Shown one piece after another: positions 8,332 to 17,798 of a DNA stretch of 64,000 nt. A program made the translations under genes and the position numbers. The first letter of the stretch is position 1. The number at the start of each line of letters is the position of its first letter. Location of the stretch: contig OY762654.1 of the NCBI GenBank assembly GCA_963666205.1, positions 192,001 to 256,000 of the forward strand. The letters run 5' to 3'. The notes below the pieces were generated by a model. It did not search any database. It had not been told where the DNA came from and was given only the letters and a program-made list of their open reading frames with translations. The DNA is from Synergistales bacterium. Lineage in GTDB: Bacteria; Synergistota; Synergistia; Synergistales; JAFGMB01.

Positions 8332-9078
8332 CTATTCGAAATCCTTAAAAATACCCAAGGGATAATATGGGACCATGTTTTCAAGCTGCCATTCGAAAGA
8401 CTTTATTGGAGTAAGTCCCCAGTTAGTTGGACAACTGGAGAGGACTTCAATGAAAGAAAAACCCTTTTTGTCCATCTGATACTGGAACCCCTTTTTAAGC
8501 GCTTCCTTGGCCTTTATTGTGTATTTTGGCCTGGCTACAGACACCCTCTCAATGTAGGAAGGAGTCTCAAGGCTTGCCAGGAGTTCGCACATTCTAATGG
8601 GATAACCTGCCAGTTGGGGATCTCTTCCCAATGGGCAGGTGGTTGCTTTCTGACCGATAAGTGTGGTAGGAGCCATCTGGCCCCCGGTCATCCCATAGAT
8701 GGCATTATTTATAAAGATAACTGTAATATTCTCACCACGATTAGCTGCATGGATTATTTCTGCCATACCGATAGAAGCAAGGTCTCCATCACCCTGATAT
8801 GTAAAAACAACCTTCTCCGGGTAGACTCTTTTGATCCCAGTGGCTACAGCCGGTGCACGACCGTGGGGAGCTTCTACATAGTCAATATCGATATAGTCAT
8901 ACATCATAGCTGCGCAGCCGACTGGAGCCATGCTTATTGTTTTGTCCTGAATACCGAGTTCATCTATCAGTTCACAAATAAGCCTGTGGGCAATACCATG
9001 ACCACAACCTGGACAATAATGGGTGTGAACTTCCTTCATCCAGCTTTCCGGTCTAGAATAGATTTTAGTTTCAGACAT
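8332..9078 (-). CDS. 2-oxoacid:ferredoxin oxidoreductase beta (TPP-binding) subunit
   Basis: HYCPGCGHG, YQGDGDL, YGMTGGQ, CPTNW; start set at MSETK (GGAGG 8 nt upstream). Confidence 0.93.
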   Translation of the reverse strand: MSETKIYSRPESWMKEVHTHYCPGCGHGIAHRLICELIDELGIQDKTISMAPVGCAAMMYDYIDIDYVEAPHGRAPAVATGIKRVYPEKVVFTYQGDGDLASIGMAEIIHAANRGENITVIFINNAIYGMTGGQMAPTTLIGQKATTCPLGRDPQLAGYPIRMCELLASLETPSYIERVSVARPKYTIKAKEALKKGFQYQMDKKGFSFIEVLSSCPTNWGLTPIKSFEWQLENMVPYYPLGIFKDFE

Positions 9079-9094
9079 AGTCATGACCTCCCTG

Positions 9095-10150
9095 CTAACC
9101 AAGTATCTTCTTGCATTCTGCCTCGATCTCTTCGACCGAGGGGGCAAGACCGCCGCAATGGCCAAAGAACGAGACAGGGTACTTGCATGCCGTTGCGATC
9201 TTTACATCATCTATCATCTGGCCCATATTCATTTCTATATCCAGAATATGCTTGGCAGATGCAGGTATTCTTTCAAAAGCTTCATACGGGAAGGGGAAAA
9301 GTGTAATGGGTCTTACCATACCGACCTTGTATCCTTCATTTCTGAGATGGCTGATCGCAGTTTTGGCGATCCTGGCAGAAGTACCGTATGATGCTATGAC
9401 AAGTTCAGCATCGTCCAGGTTCACAAGTTCGAACATAGTTTCCTCGTTTTTCATAGCAGCATATTTTTCCTGAAGATGGATATTGTGTTCTTCCAGGAGT
9501 TCAGGGGTAAGGTTCATGCTCTTGAGAAGACTTCTCTTATTACCTCTTTCCTTGAAATAACCGAGGGCCCAGCTTTCAACATTACCGCGATCAGTTTTGT
9601 GTTCCTTGATCTCGACCGGTTCCATCATCTGTCCCATAAAACCATCTGCAAGTATCATAACCGGGTTTCTGTATTTAAAAGCAAAATCCCATGCTGACTG
9701 GACCAGGTCTACCGCTTCCTGTAGGTTTCCCGGTGCGAACACCATCAGATTATAGTCTCCATTTCCACCACCCTTGGTAGCCTGCAGATAATCTGCCTGT
9801 GAAGGAAGGATACCCCCAAGTCCTGGTCCACCCCTCATAACATTTACAATAACACAGGGTAGTTCTGAACCGGCAAGGTAACTTATTCCCTCAGACATCA
9901 GGGAGATACCCGGGCTTGACGAGGATGTCATTACCTGACATCCGGTAGCTGCTGCACCAAGAACCATATTGATTGAGGCGACTTCGCTTTCACCCTGAAT
10001 ATAAATGCCCCCGTGCTCCGGTAAATGAGCAGACATATATTCAGGTATCTCATTCTGAGGTGTAATAGGATAACCAAAGAAATGAGTACATCCAGCCTGA
10101 ATAGCAGCTTCAGCGATAGCTTCAGAGCCCTTCATTAAAACTTTAGTCAT
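9095..10150 (-). CDS. vorB: 2-oxoacid (2-ketoisovalerate-type) ferredoxin oxidoreductase alpha subunit
   Basis: YPITPQNE, ESEVA, SSSSPG, RGGPGLG and QATKGGGNGDY, typical of VorB. Confidence 0.88.
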   Translation of the reverse strand: MTKVLMKGSEAIAEAAIQAGCTHFFGYPITPQNEIPEYMSAHLPEHGGIYIQGESEVASINMVLGAAATGCQVMTSSSSPGISLMSEGISYLAGSELPCVIVNVMRGGPGLGGILPSQADYLQATKGGGNGDYNLMVFAPGNLQEAVDLVQSAWDFAFKYRNPVMILADGFMGQMMEPVEIKEHKTDRGNVESWALGYFKERGNKRSLLKSMNLTPELLEEHNIHLQEKYAAMKNEETMFELVNLDDAELVIASYGTSARIAKTAISHLRNEGYKVGMVRPITLFPFPYEAFERIPASAKHILDIEMNMGQMIDDVKIATACKYPVSFFGHCGGLAPSVEEIEAECKKILG

Positions 10151-10170
10151 TAGTCAAATCCCCCCACAGA

Positions 10171-10389
10171 TTACTCTTCAGATATCCTGTAGACTTCGAT
10201 GGCTGCATCAGGACATGATATGGCACACATTCCGCATCCGATACAACCTTCCTTGTACTGCTCCACTGGCCTGTGTCCCTTCATGTTGATCCTGTCAGAG
10301 ATACGCAGGACCTTCACGGGGCAGGCAGCTACACAGAGTCCACAACTTTTGCAATAATCCTCAGAGACTTCGATACGTCCCTTTGCCAT
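10171..10389 (-). CDS. 2[4Fe-4S] ferredoxin-like delta subunit
   Basis: CKSCGLCVAACP and CIGCGMCAISCP; start set at MAKGR. Confidence 0.92.
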   Translation of the reverse strand: MAKGRIEVSEDYCKSCGLCVAACPVKVLRISDRINMKGHRPVEQYKEGCIGCGMCAISCPDAAIEVYRISEE

Positions 10390-10435
10390 TACAATAAACA
10401 CCCCTCTCACAATGTAGTTACTATATCAGCAGCGA

Positions 10436-11227
10436 TCAAGAGTGATCCTGCTGTTGGAGTATGATACTGCCATGGTTCTTTCGGGGTAGCCCCGTTGACC
10501 ACATTGCACCCCTTTCCCATGGGAGCAGCATATACCTTGAAACGGGCCAGAAGGGAATATCTTCCTTCCATGTTACTTTAAGTTGATCTACAAGTGTTGG
10601 AGATACTCCAGCATAGAGGACTGGAAGACCTTGTATGTCTCCTGCTTTTCTAACAATATCAAGGCCATGATATATGTCTTCAGCCGTTGTTTCAGACATG
10701 AGATGGGAATTACTTATCAGGGCTCCGACCTTGAGGTCACATATCTCTTCCATCTTCAAGATCATGTTCTGTATTCCCTCAACGCTGGAAGTCTGTGGGC
10801 GGAATGCATTAACTACCATGATAAGTAGATACCCTGCTTTTTTCATTCGGATTTCATACTGCTTTAAAGCCCGCGCACCGATGGCATCTCCGCCAATGTC
10901 CAGAAGTAGTTGGCTATCAGAATCAGAAAGAGCCCAATCCACCTGGGCAGTTACCAATGGCATATCGGACCACCTGGCTTTATCCGGGGCCATCAGAACT
11001 TTATAACCCTTTGATTCAAGGGTTTCATAAACCTGTCTTATGCAGAAATAAGGATTTATTATATCTACATCTGCGATAGTAATCTTCTCAACCATTGTCT
11101 TAAATGCCAGAGCCAGATTAAGTACCCATTCAGTCTTACCACAACCAAGGGCACCAGTAACTGCAACAGCCCTGGGCCATTCATATCTCTGGATAAGATC
11201 CCTGAACATATCACGTTCTAAACTCAT
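10436..11227 (-). CDS. Uncharacterised P-loop NTPase (SIMIBI/MinD-like) associated with VOR operons
   Basis: GALGCGKTE, DVDIINPYF, DIGGD, NAFRP, NSHL. Confidence 0.75.
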   Translation of the reverse strand: MSLERDMFRDLIQRYEWPRAVAVTGALGCGKTEWVLNLALAFKTMVEKITIADVDIINPYFCIRQVYETLESKGYKVLMAPDKARWSDMPLVTAQVDWALSDSDSQLLLDIGGDAIGARALKQYEIRMKKAGYLLIMVVNAFRPQTSSVEGIQNMILKMEEICDLKVGALISNSHLMSETTAEDIYHGLDIVRKAGDIQGLPVLYAGVSPTLVDQLKVTWKEDIPFWPVSRYMLLPWERGAMWSTGLPRKNHGSIILQQQDHS

Positions 11228-12150
11228 AGAATATTATCTCCTTTTACCAGTCTTGCACCTCTTGCCCAGGATGCAGCGTCCATACGGTTTTTCCCTTCGG
11301 GTTGCACACTCATAATTAAAATGCAACCCTGAATGGTTGAGATAACTGGTCTGTCTTCAATAAAATCAACTATGGTACCCGGGTCACCCTGTAGAGGGAT
11401 CAGTGATGTCTGCCATATCTTGACTCTTTTACCCTTTACACAAATATATGCTCCAGGTTCCGGGTTCAATGCACGTACTTTATTGTGAAAAGTCTCCGCA
11501 TTTTCCATAAAATCGAGGCGGGCCTCTTCATTTCGTATTTTAGGTGCAAAAGTTGCAAGAGAATGGTCTTGTTGTAAAAAACTGGTATTTTTCGGAATAT
11601 AGTTGTTAATTGCATCTAATAATAACACACATCCCATATCAGCCAAGTCTGAAAGAAGATCTCCCGATGTAATATTATTTTCTATAAGGTGGGAAGCTTG
11701 TGAAAGGATAGGTCCGGAATCCATGGTTTCAGACAGTCTGAAAAGGGTAACACCTGTAAATTTCCTTCCTTCCATGATCGCGCGTTGGACGGGAGCCGCA
11801 CCCCGGTATTCAGGAAGCAGGGATGGATGGATGTTAAGACATCCCAGTTCTGAAAAGTCGAGAAACGGGTTAAGTATCTTCTGTCCAAAATCAATCACCA
11901 CAATCGCCAGGGGGGGGGTATCCTTAAGCATTTTCAAAAGGATGGGATCCGTGGACATGGAAGAAGTGTGGTGGAGAGAAAGACCAAGGGAAAGGGCAAG
12001 AATTTCAACTGGGGTGGGCTTAAGTTTCATTCCACGCCCCGCCCTTTTGGGGTAGGCTGTAATTATGATATGGGGTTTTTTCTCTGCGCTGATGATCCTG
12101 AGACACTCTGAAGCGAAGGGACCTGAACCGGCAAACCAGATCTTGTCCAT
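11224..12150 (-). CDS. fmt: Methionyl-tRNA formyltransferase
   Basis: NIHPSLLPEYRGAAP, MDSG, RALNPEPG; follows def. Confidence 0.95.
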   Translation of the reverse strand: MDKIWFAGSGPFASECLRIISAEKKPHIIITAYPKRAGRGMKLKPTPVEILALSLGLSLHHTSSMSTDPILLKMLKDTPPLAIVVIDFGQKILNPFLDFSELGCLNIHPSLLPEYRGAAPVQRAIMEGRKFTGVTLFRLSETMDSGPILSQASHLIENNITSGDLLSDLADMGCVLLLDAINNYIPKNTSFLQQDHSLATFAPKIRNEEARLDFMENAETFHNKVRALNPEPGAYICVKGKRVKIWQTSLIPLQGDPGTIVDFIEDRPVISTIQGCILIMSVQPEGKNRMDAASWARGARLVKGDNIL

Positions 12151-12155
12151 CTTTT

Positions 12156-12656
12156 TTAATTATCCCTGCGCTTTCTTAGCATTTTTTTTCTGGCCATACT
12201 CTTTTTCAGGGGAGAAAAATGATCGATCAGCAACCTCCCGTTAAGATGGTCGATTTCATGACAGAAAACCCTGGCAAGAAAGTCTTCAACATCTACAATT
12301 TGTTCCACGCCATTCATGTCGAGATATTTAACCCTGATCTTTGCAGGTCTGATGACATTTCCATAAATACCTGGAAAACTGAGACATCCTTCTTCTGCCT
12401 CCTGTACACCCTCTTCTTTCAGAATAACAGGGTTGACCAGAGTATAATGAGTTCCTTCATAAAATATTACTGCAAGTTTCATAGACAGTCCTATTTGAGG
12501 GGCAGCCAGACCTACTCCATCTCCCTCAAGCATGATCTCTTTCATTTCTTCTACAAGGGATTTGAGTTCTTCACCAAAACTGGTTATTGGAGCAGTTTCT
12601 CTGCGCAGTACAGTGTCAGGATAGGTACAGATAACGGTTTTAGACATCTGTGGCAT
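12156..12656 (-). CDS. def: Peptide deformylase
   Basis: GVGLAAPQIG, EGCLS, HEIDHLNG. Confidence 0.96.
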   Translation of the reverse strand: MPQMSKTVICTYPDTVLRRETAPITSFGEELKSLVEEMKEIMLEGDGVGLAAPQIGLSMKLAVIFYEGTHYTLVNPVILKEEGVQEAEEGCLSFPGIYGNVIRPAKIRVKYLDMNGVEQIVDVEDFLARVFCHEIDHLNGRLLIDHFSPLKKSMARKKMLRKRRDN

Positions 12657-12680
12657 TCACCTTCCAGGGGGTTATATAGT

Positions 12681-12715
12681 AAAAGGGGCCAGGCCATCCC
12701 AAGGGGACGGCCTGG
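12681..12715 (-). terminator. Intrinsic terminator after rpsA
   Basis: Minus strand CCAGGCCGTCCC-CTT-GGGATGGCCTGG followed by CCCCTTTT. Confidence 0.55.
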
Positions 12716-12722
12716 TTGACCA

Positions 12723-14234
12723 TTATTGATTCATCATATCTTTGAGAACATCTCCAATTGTGATGGAAGTATCTTCCTGAACTGTAACCGTTTTATGTTT
12801 TTCAGTTTCAGAGTGTCTTTTTTTACGTTCCCCGTCTCTCTTTTTCTTAACTTCCTGTTCCTGAAGGGCACTGATACTTAGTCTCATTCTTCGTTCAGCA
12901 GGATTTACTTCAATTACTCTTGCTGTAACTTCCTGCCCTTCTTCGAGTACATCTTTTGGAGTTTCCACTCTTCGGTTGCTTAGCTGGGAGATATGAATAA
13001 GGCCTTCCACACCTTCTTCGATCTCTACAAATGCACCAAAATCAGCAAGTCTCACGACTTTGACCTGGATATCTGAACCCTTACCATAACGATCCTCTAT
13101 GCCGCTCCATGGATCATGCAGTTGCTTGTAACCAAGGCTGATACGCTTTTTGTCACCATCAACCTCCAGTACCACAACATCGACCTTTTCGCCTTTTTTC
13201 AGGACTTCCTTGGGATGCTTGATACGGGACCAGCTGAGATCTCCAATGTGAATAAGACCTTCTATCCCATCCTGGACCTCGACAAAGGCTCCGAAGTCGG
13301 TTACGTTAGTAACGATTCCCTCAAGTTGGTCTCCTGCTTTTATGTTTTCATTGACAACCGTCCAGGGATCAGGAAGCGTCTGTTTGAGACTAAGAGAGAT
13401 CCTGTTATTTTCCTTATCGATCCCGATAACTTTAACCTTTATATGGTCTCCTTTTTTAAGGATATCCTTGGGTTTGGCGTTCCTCTTCCAGGAAAGTTCG
13501 CTTATGTGGATGAGACCGTCGATACATCCGAGATTAACGAAAGACCCAAAGGAAGTTATACTACTGACTGTACCTTCAAGAATATCGCCCTCGGAAGTTG
13601 ATTCATAAAATCTTTCTCTAAGAGATGAAAGGTCTTCTTCAAGCAGAGATCTTCTGGAAAGGACAAGTCTTCTCTTTCTTTTGTCTTTTTCAAGAAGTTT
13701 GACATCGAAAACATCATCAACAAAGCGTCCAGGATTGACTCCTCTGCCTTCTTCTGCAAGATGGGAGATCGGCACAAAGCCTTCCAGTGAACAGCAATTG
13801 ACCATCAGGCCTCCCTTGACTTTTCTCAGTCCCCTTACGGAAATGGGTTCTCCGGCGGAGGCAAGTTCCTCAAGCTGATTCCAGCGACGGTCAAACTCAC
13901 ATCTCCAACGGCTGACGATCAGCTGTGATTCTTCACCCCGACGGACATTGATCACCTGGACTTCCACTTCATCACCGATCTGGGGTTTCTTGGACTCCTC
14001 TACCAGTACTCTGTGACTCCATTCATGGGCAGGTAGAGATCCTTCACACTTATAACCCACATCAACAAGCCAGCCATCTTCATTGCTTTCGACTATAGTA
14101 CCCTTGACGACTTTCCCTTTGTGGATCTCTTCAACTTCATAATCCTGAAGCATGCTTTCCATGCTTTCAAGATTATCGGCTGTTTCACCTCCAAGCATTT
14201 CTTCTTCACTGTTATTGATCATTTCATCAGTCAT
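12723..14234 (-). CDS. rpsA: 30S ribosomal protein S1
   Basis: Repeated S1 domains (FGAFVE...EGLIHIS); follows ispH. Confidence 0.93.
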   Translation of the reverse strand: MTDEMINNSEEEMLGGETADNLESMESMLQDYEVEEIHKGKVVKGTIVESNEDGWLVDVGYKCEGSLPAHEWSHRVLVEESKKPQIGDEVEVQVINVRRGEESQLIVSRWRCEFDRRWNQLEELASAGEPISVRGLRKVKGGLMVNCCSLEGFVPISHLAEEGRGVNPGRFVDDVFDVKLLEKDKRKRRLVLSRRSLLEEDLSSLRERFYESTSEGDILEGTVSSITSFGSFVNLGCIDGLIHISELSWKRNAKPKDILKKGDHIKVKVIGIDKENNRISLSLKQTLPDPWTVVNENIKAGDQLEGIVTNVTDFGAFVEVQDGIEGLIHIGDLSWSRIKHPKEVLKKGEKVDVVVLEVDGDKKRISLGYKQLHDPWSGIEDRYGKGSDIQVKVVRLADFGAFVEIEEGVEGLIHISQLSNRRVETPKDVLEEGQEVTARVIEVNPAERRMRLSISALQEQEVKKKRDGERKKRHSETEKHKTVTVQEDTSITIGDVLKDMMNQ

Positions 14235-14257
14235 ACTTTTCCAGCCCCCTTGACTAC

Positions 14258-15091
14258 CTATAAGTTGCTTAAAAGAATTTGTACTTCATTTATTAACCAA
14301 TCCGGTGTACTAGCTCCTGCAGCAATACCTGTACGTTCTTTATCGATCAACCAGGTCCTGTCAATTTCGTCCGCCTGTTCAATCCAGAGAACATCTACAC
14401 CGTGGGATCCTGCTATGTCAACAAGTCTAGCAGTGTTAGCACTGTTCCGTCCTCCGATAACGATTATGGCATCAACTTCATTTGCAAGCTTCCGAATAGC
14501 ATTCTGCCTTTCAACTGTTGCTTTACATATTGTATTATACACTTTGACCTCTTTTGCGCATTTGACCATAACTGTTACAGCTTCAGTAAAGGATTCTTCT
14601 TCCTGAGTCGTCTGTGACACCAGACCTATTTTTTCTCTGTTACAATAACATTCAGCTTCAGCATATGAACGTACTACATGGCATTCACCAGTTACAAATC
14701 CTTTGATAGCCTTTATCTCCGGATGATCTGGATCTCCGAAGATAAGAACCGCATAACCTTCGGCAGAAAGATCCCGCGCTTTTGTCTGAGCATTTGTGAC
14801 AAAAGGACATGTGCCGTCAATAATTATGCAGTTGTTATCACTGAGATAAGAATAAGTGACGGAATCAACCCCATGAGCACGAATAAAAACTACTGAACCC
14901 GCAGGAATCTCATTAACTGAATTAACAACGATCAGCCCCGCCCTCTCAAGCCTTGAAACTTCCTGAGGGTTATGAATCGGACTTCCAGTAGAATAGACTT
15001 TCCCATGCTGCCTGAGTGCCGTCTCCAGACTGTGTATGGCTCTTTTAACACCGAAACAGAAACCCGTGGGATTTGCAAGAATAACTTCCAC
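14258..15091 (-). CDS. ispH: 4-hydroxy-3-methylbut-2-enyl diphosphate reductase
   Basis: GFCFGVKRA, IHNP, DGTCPFV, HPE, TICKAT, GASTP. Confidence 0.96.
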   Translation of the reverse strand: MEVILANPTGFCFGVKRAIHSLETALRQHGKVYSTGSPIHNPQEVSRLERAGLIVVNSVNEIPAGSVVFIRAHGVDSVTYSYLSDNNCIIIDGTCPFVTNAQTKARDLSAEGYAVLIFGDPDHPEIKAIKGFVTGECHVVRSYAEAECYCNREKIGLVSQTTQEEESFTEAVTVMVKCAKEVKVYNTICKATVERQNAIRKLANEVDAIIVIGGRNSANTARLVDIAGSHGVDVLWIEQADEIDRTWLIDKERTGIAAGASTPDWLINEVQILLSNL

Positions 15092-15093
15092 GC

Positions 15094-16053
15094 TCAGGAC
15101 TGACCCCTCTCAAAGTGTTCTTTTGAAGCATTCAGAAGATTCTGGAGAAGAACGCCGGAATCCAGAACAGAAGTATCATACCACATTGAAGGCTGGAAAT
15201 GCTTAAACCAGGTCATCTGTCTCCGGGAAAAGGCTTTTGTCGCCCTGATATCACCTTCTATTGCTTCATCAAGGCACATCTTACCTTCCAGGTACTGAAC
15301 AATCTCTCTGTAACCAAAACCCTGCATTGACGGTAATTCTTTACCAAATCCATTTCCAAGAAGCCATTCTACTTCTTCCACATACCCTGATGCAAACTGT
15401 TCTTTTACCCTTCTTGAAATGATTTCATAAAGATCAACCCTTGGTCTGTTAAGCCCAAGATAGAGAAAATCATACTTGGGAGTACTGGTATTATCCTGTG
15501 AGTACCACCAGGAAAGACTTTTGCCAGTTATATGGTAGACTTCTAGTGCACGGACCACTCTTCTGAGATCATTAAAATGAAGTCTTTGGGCTGTTGATGG
15601 ATCTATCTTTTCAAGTAGTTCATGTAGATAGGTTCTTCCCAGCTCCCTGGCCTTCGCTTCAAAATGATCCCTTATTTCAGGATCTGAGGGAAGATCCTGA
15701 GAAATGATACCTTCAAAAAGAGCCTTGTAATAAAAGGGAGTTCCCCCTACAAACAAAGGTACCTTATTCCGTGAAAAGATCCTTTTTACAGCATCATCAA
15801 CCATCCTTACAAAATCGATCACTGTAAAATGTTCATCCGGGTCGGCTACATCTATAAGATGATGGATGATCTTTCTCCTGGTCTCTGGAGATACTTTATC
15901 AGTGCCAACATCAAGAAACCGATAGACCTGCCTGGAATCGACAGAAATGATCTCTGCATTCAGTTCTTCAGCTATCCTCAGGCTCAGACCGGTCTTTCCC
16001 ACAGCAGTCGGTCCAATAATTGCCACTGCTGGATAGAGTTTATGTTCTGACAT
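15094..16053 (-). CDS. miaA: tRNA dimethylallyltransferase
   Basis: GPTAVGKT, DSRQVY, VGGTPFY, RRQMTWF. Confidence 0.96.
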   Translation of the reverse strand: MSEHKLYPAVAIIGPTAVGKTGLSLRIAEELNAEIISVDSRQVYRFLDVGTDKVSPETRRKIIHHLIDVADPDEHFTVIDFVRMVDDAVKRIFSRNKVPLFVGGTPFYYKALFEGIISQDLPSDPEIRDHFEAKARELGRTYLHELLEKIDPSTAQRLHFNDLRRVVRALEVYHITGKSLSWWYSQDNTSTPKYDFLYLGLNRPRVDLYEIISRRVKEQFASGYVEEVEWLLGNGFGKELPSMQGFGYREIVQYLEGKMCLDEAIEGDIRATKAFSRRQMTWFKHFQPSMWYDTSVLDSGVLLQNLLNASKEHFERGQS

Positions 16054-16061
16054 TATTAACG

Positions 16062-17798
16062 CTACCTCCCGAAATAATGTAAGAGGTTGCCTTCGGAGAT
16101 CTCAAGCAAAGTTGGTCTGCCATGAGGACAGGCATAGGGGTTATCACAAGCCATAAGATCCCTCCACAAGGCAAGGGCCTCTGTTGAAGTCAGCCTGGTC
16201 GTTAGTTTCACGGAAGCCTTGCAGGCCATGGTTGTCCACTTAAACCATACTGCACCGTCCACTATCGGGCTGGAGCCCTCATTCCAGGTCATGATAAGGG
16301 ATGATAGGTATTCGAAAGGATTTTCTGTAAGTTCTCCAAGGCACTGGGGAATAGACTTGAGGAACAATCCTTCATTGGTGATATCAAACCCAAACCCTGA
16401 TTTTTCAAGGGCTTCCATGTACTCCATGACATCATCCCGGAATTGTTGGGGTATTTCTAGACGAATGGCAAGAGGAACAGGGGATCTTCCTGTACCTGAA
16501 CGGTTACGTATCTTTTCAAAGGTCACTCTTTCATGAGCAGCATGGTGATCCATCAGGAAAAGAGAGCCCGCTGATTCAAAGAGAAGATAACCAATCGCAA
16601 GCTGTCCGAAAAAGGTAACCTCCCCATCTGGATAAGAAGCATATGTATCGTTTTCAATATAACCGGTGGCGTAAACCTCACCGTTTTCCATTTTACTGCC
16701 GGGAAAGCTTTGGGCAACCCTTGAAAAAAGGGGTGTATCTGCTGTTCTGTTCAGACAAGACCTTTCCCCGGTTCGTGATCCAGAAAATAATTCTTTTGCT
16801 GAACAATGGGGATCAAGGGGAAAGGGAACAATATTTACAGAATTCTTGCCGAGAAGTTCTGATGCTGTTTCACGTACAGTATCAAATATTTCTCTGGAAT
16901 ACCTGAATCTGACTTCTGTTTTAGCAGGATGGATATTAACGTCCACGTGATCAGAAGGAATAGTGATAAAGAGAGCAACGTTAGCAGAGATCTCTCCGAG
17001 GGCTGAATGCAGGGCAGCTTTGATCATCGAATCCTGGATGATCCTGTTGTTTACAAATGACTGGACCATCAGTTTCTTTTTCCCAGGCTGTTTCTGGATC
17101 CAGCAATCGATTGAAACCGGTCCTGTTTTATGATGGTTAATGAGTATTTCGGGTTCATAGCTCCACAGAAGTTCAAGGATATCCCTGCGTGTGGTTTTAC
17201 CCCTGGATGATAGGGTTATCTTTCCATCATGTATTAGTTGAAAATCGATCTCGGGGTATGAAAGGCAAAAGGCGCGTATGAGCTGGCTTATTCGCCTGAA
17301 TTCAGCAACTGTGCTTTTCAGGAACTTTCTCCTTGCAGGAAGGTTATAGAAGAGATCATCAACCTGTATACGGGTTCCATGAGTCCAATTGACATCTCTT
17401 ATGGAAAGAACAGAACCAGCCTCTGCCTGGAGAAGAGAACCTTTTTCCATATCAGCTGTCCTGCTGCGCATATCAAGTCGGCTTACTGCGGAAATACTGG
17501 CAAGAGCTTCACCTCTGAAACCCAGTGTATGAATATTCTCAAGATCTTCAAGTTTTTCTATTTTGCTGGTAGCATGGCGTTGTAAAGAAACCTTCATATC
17601 TTCCTTTTCCATACCCTGACCATTGTCTTCAACAACTATCCTGGTCTTGCCACCCTGTAACAGTGTAACATTTATCACTGTACTGAAAGCATCGATAGAA
17701 TTCTCGACAAGTTCTTTTATAACTGCAGCAGGACCCTCTATAACTTCACCTGCAGCTATCCTTGATGCAAGATCTACAGGGAGTACCCTGATCTTCAT
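16062..17798 (-). CDS. mutL: DNA mismatch repair endonuclease MutL
   Basis: KELVENSIDA, GFRGEAL, DVNIHPAK; endonuclease motif DHHAAHERVTFE and CPHGRP. Confidence 0.96.
   Translation of the reverse strand: MKIRVLPVDLASRIAAGEVIEGPAAVIKELVENSIDAFSTVINVTLLQGGKTRIVVEDNGQGMEKEDMKVSLQRHATSKIEKLEDLENIHTLGFRGEALASISAVSRLDMRSRTADMEKGSLLQAEAGSVLSIRDVNWTHGTRIQVDDLFYNLPARRKFLKSTVAEFRRISQLIRAFCLSYPEIDFQLIHDGKITLSSRGKTTRRDILELLWSYEPEILINHHKTGPVSIDCWIQKQPGKKKLMVQSFVNNRIIQDSMIKAALHSALGEISANVALFITIPSDHVDVNIHPAKTEVRFRYSREIFDTVRETASELLGKNSVNIVPFPLDPHCSAKELFSGSRTGERSCLNRTADTPLFSRVAQSFPGSKMENGEVYATGYIENDTYASYPDGEVTFFGQLAIGYLLFESAGSLFLMDHHAAHERVTFEKIRNRSGTGRSPVPLAIRLEIPQQFRDDVMEYMEALEKSGFGFDITNEGLFLKSIPQCLGELTENPFEYLSSLIMTWNEGSSPIVDGAVWFKWTTMACKASVKLTTRLTSTEALALWRDLMACDNPYACPHGRPTLLEISEGNLLHYFGR

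Noticed and set aside
11910..11918. G9 homopolymer in fmt as a phase-variation tract
   Set aside because: The ORF is intact, the tract encodes Thr-Pro-Pro in a housekeeping gene, and there is no evidence of slippage.
14232..14260. ispH-rpsA fusion by stop readthrough
   Set aside because: The two genes are in different frames and rpsA has its own SD-like sequence.
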